Assembly: GCA_964449615.1 (NCBI GenBank)
Contig: CAYUZF010000011.1
Location: forward strand, 1 to 46,451
Source of the DNA: an uncultured Aureispira sp.
GTDB taxonomy: Bacteria; Bacteroidota; Bacteroidia; Chitinophagales; Saprospiraceae
Length of the DNA: 46,451 bases
Direction of reading: 5' to 3'
Shown one piece after another: positions 44,773 through 46,451 of the stretch. Numbering within the stretch: position 1 is the first letter of the stretch; each line of letters begins with the position of its first letter. The notes under the pieces were generated by a model that was not told where the DNA came from, ran no database searches, and saw only the letters and a program-made list of their open reading frames with translations. A program made the translations under genes and the position numbers.

Positions 44773-46338
44773 TCAAACCGTTGTAGGAACGTCTACACGA
44801 TCTAGAATATTCAGGCGCTCCGTCTGTAAGAATTCTTTAACCGCAGCCGTTCGTTTATACAAAGGCTCATCTTCTGCAAAAGGAGGCGTCAGGGCCTTCA
44901 CTTTTTGGAACAATTGGCGGGTGTAGCTGCTGAGTTGATCTTCAATGTCTAAGTACTCAATGGCTTGAACAATGGCCATAAATTCTACCGATAGCACTTG
45001 ATAGGCATTTTCAATAACTTTGCGGGTAGCCGAAGCTGCGTTGGTGCCCATGCTTACAATATCCTGATTATCATTGTTGTTGGGAATGCTGTGGATGTAC
45101 ATAGACGTGGACAGCATTTGGTTTTCGGCAGTGGTAGAGGTGGCTGTGAATTGCGCGCCCTGTACCCCAAAGTTGAACCCTAATTCTCCCAAATTAACAA
45201 AGGGCGGTAAAATACCATTGATGTGGTGGTTTAGCAAAAAATTGAGTTGCCGCTCTGCTAACATGGACATTTTTGTGATGGCTAGGCGCAGATGATCCAT
45301 GGCCAGCGATACATAATCGCCATGAAAATTACCACCGTGGTAAACGTTTCGGCTTTCTACATCTACAATAGGATTATCATTGACCGAATTAACCTCATTT
45401 TCTAAAGTAGCTACACAGTGTTGCCAAGCATCGTAAATGGGGCCGATAATTTGCGGTAAGCAGCGCAGAGAATAATATTCCTGTACTTTTTTTGTAAGAA
45501 CCGTTTCTTTGACGCCGTCGTGGTACAAGTGTTTTTGACGGTTTTCCATCATTTGGCTGTCTTGTAAAATACTGCGCAGGACTTCTGCAACACGGCGCTG
45601 CCCAACGTGTTGTTTGGCGTGGTTGAGCGGTTTAGAAAGATGGTCATCGTAGGCATTGGCCAACTCGTTGAGCAAGGCAGAGGCGACCAGCGACCAACTG
45701 ATCAAGTTTTTGGCGTGGCAGGCATTGACAAAGCCGATGCCCGTCATTACAGCAGTGCCGTTCATCAGCGAAAGCCCCTCGCGCAGTTGAATGTCCAGCG
45801 GTTCAATGCCTCTTTGTTGCATGATTTTGGCGCAAGCCTGCCGCTGCTCCCCACAGCGCACATCGCCCTCTCCAATATAGCCCAGCGCCAAATGTGCGAG
45901 TTGCACCAAATCGCCGCTGGCTCCTACCCCACCGTGTTCAAACACAATTGGATAAATTTCTTCGTTGACGAATTGGGCAATGAGTTCGGGAACTTTGGGT
46001 ACGATGCCCGATTTGCCTTGCATCATTGTATTGAGTTGGCAAAGCATGGCCGAGCGCACCAACACATCGTCTAGGGGTTGCCCCATGCCCGTGCAGTGGC
46101 TGCGAATGAGGTTGTACTGCAATTGTACCCGTTTGTGGTCTTCAATCTTGTACTGTGCCATTGGACCGAAACCCGTATTGATACCATAAATTACCTTATC
46201 GGCTGCAAAATCTTTTAAAAAATCGTGGCAAGCTTCTACTTTCTCTAGGGCTTGGGGATTCAACTCAACGCGCTCATTATTTAGGACAACGCGTTCAAAG
46301 TCTTGTAATCTGAGTCGTTTATCGCCTACTGTTGTCAT
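44773..46338 (-). CDS. MIO-dependent aromatic amino acid ammonia-lyase, probably tyrosine ammonia-lyase
   Basis: YGINTGFG, GASGDL (MIO), QEYYSLRC and HGGNFHG. Long stretches resemble the Flavobacterium johnsoniae TAL as I recall it. Confidence 0.88.
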   Translation of the reverse strand: MTTVGDKRLRLQDFERVVLNNERVELNPQALEKVEACHDFLKDFAADKVIYGINTGFGPMAQYKIEDHKRVQLQYNLIRSHCTGMGQPLDDVLVRSAMLCQLNTMMQGKSGIVPKVPELIAQFVNEEIYPIVFEHGGVGASGDLVQLAHLALGYIGEGDVRCGEQRQACAKIMQQRGIEPLDIQLREGLSLMNGTAVMTGIGFVNACHAKNLISWSLVASALLNELANAYDDHLSKPLNHAKQHVGQRRVAEVLRSILQDSQMMENRQKHLYHDGVKETVLTKKVQEYYSLRCLPQIIGPIYDAWQHCVATLENEVNSVNDNPIVDVESRNVYHGGNFHGDYVSLAMDHLRLAITKMSMLAERQLNFLLNHHINGILPPFVNLGELGFNFGVQGAQFTATSTTAENQMLSTSMYIHSIPNNNDNQDIVSMGTNAASATRKVIENAYQVLSVEFMAIVQAIEYLDIEDQLSSYTRQLFQKVKALTPPFAEDEPLYKRTAAVKEFLQTERLNILDRVDVPTTV

Positions 46339-46396
46339 TGTTGTCTTTGTTGCTTTTTTTGCCCCGAACTACAGTCGGAATGCGGTGTGGTGGGTT

Positions 46397-46451
46397 TTTC
46401 TTACAATTTCTTACAATTTCTTACAATTTCTTACAATTTCTTACAATTTCT
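46397..46451. repeat. Perfect 10-bp tandem repeat (TTACAATTTC)n, at least 5.5 copies, running off the window end
   Basis: Directly visible; starts ~60 bp upstream of the ammonia-lyase start codon. Confidence 0.95.

Larger units (their letters stand above)
24072..46338 (-). other. Flexirubin/aryl-polyene-type type II PKS/FAS biosynthetic gene cluster
   Basis: About 20 co-oriented, tightly packed genes: ammonia-lyase, FabG, 3 KS plus 2 KS-like, 2 ACP, acyltransferase, 2 dehydratases, thioesterase, deacetylase, LolA, GT2, MMPL fusion, FAD oxidoreductase, C45 and CoA ligase. Confidence 0.9.

Overview
Bacteroidota DNA, judged from TAnnTTTG promoters and gene content; a Saprospiraceae-like host is only an inference. 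Left to right: (1) a sphingolipid-type module (SDR/epimerase divergent from serine palmitoyltransferase plus a GNAT ceramide-synthase-like gene); (2) two paralogous lipoproteins, the first broken by a TGA at a conserved Trp position; (3) a WecD/WecE/GT-C/GT2 amino-sugar transfer module; (4) an NtrC-type regulator and an Hpt protein; (5) an apparently complete plasmid-type iteron replicon among chromosomal-looking genes (Rep_3 initiator, 10 iterons, perfect DnaA box, inverted half-iteron operator, AT-rich tract); (6) tryptophan 2,3-dioxygenase and a PD40-repeat protein; (7) a KilA-N gene plus serine resolvase with a res-like site and no transposase; (8) two paralogous secreted proteins; (9) a ~22 kb minus-strand flexirubin/aryl-polyene-type type II PKS/FAS cluster. 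This cluster has no visible darA/darB, its GT2-DUF2062 gene is split at an A10 run, and a 10-bp tandem repeat lies upstream. No rRNA, tRNA or CRISPR array was seen. All product calls come from motif recognition, not database searches.
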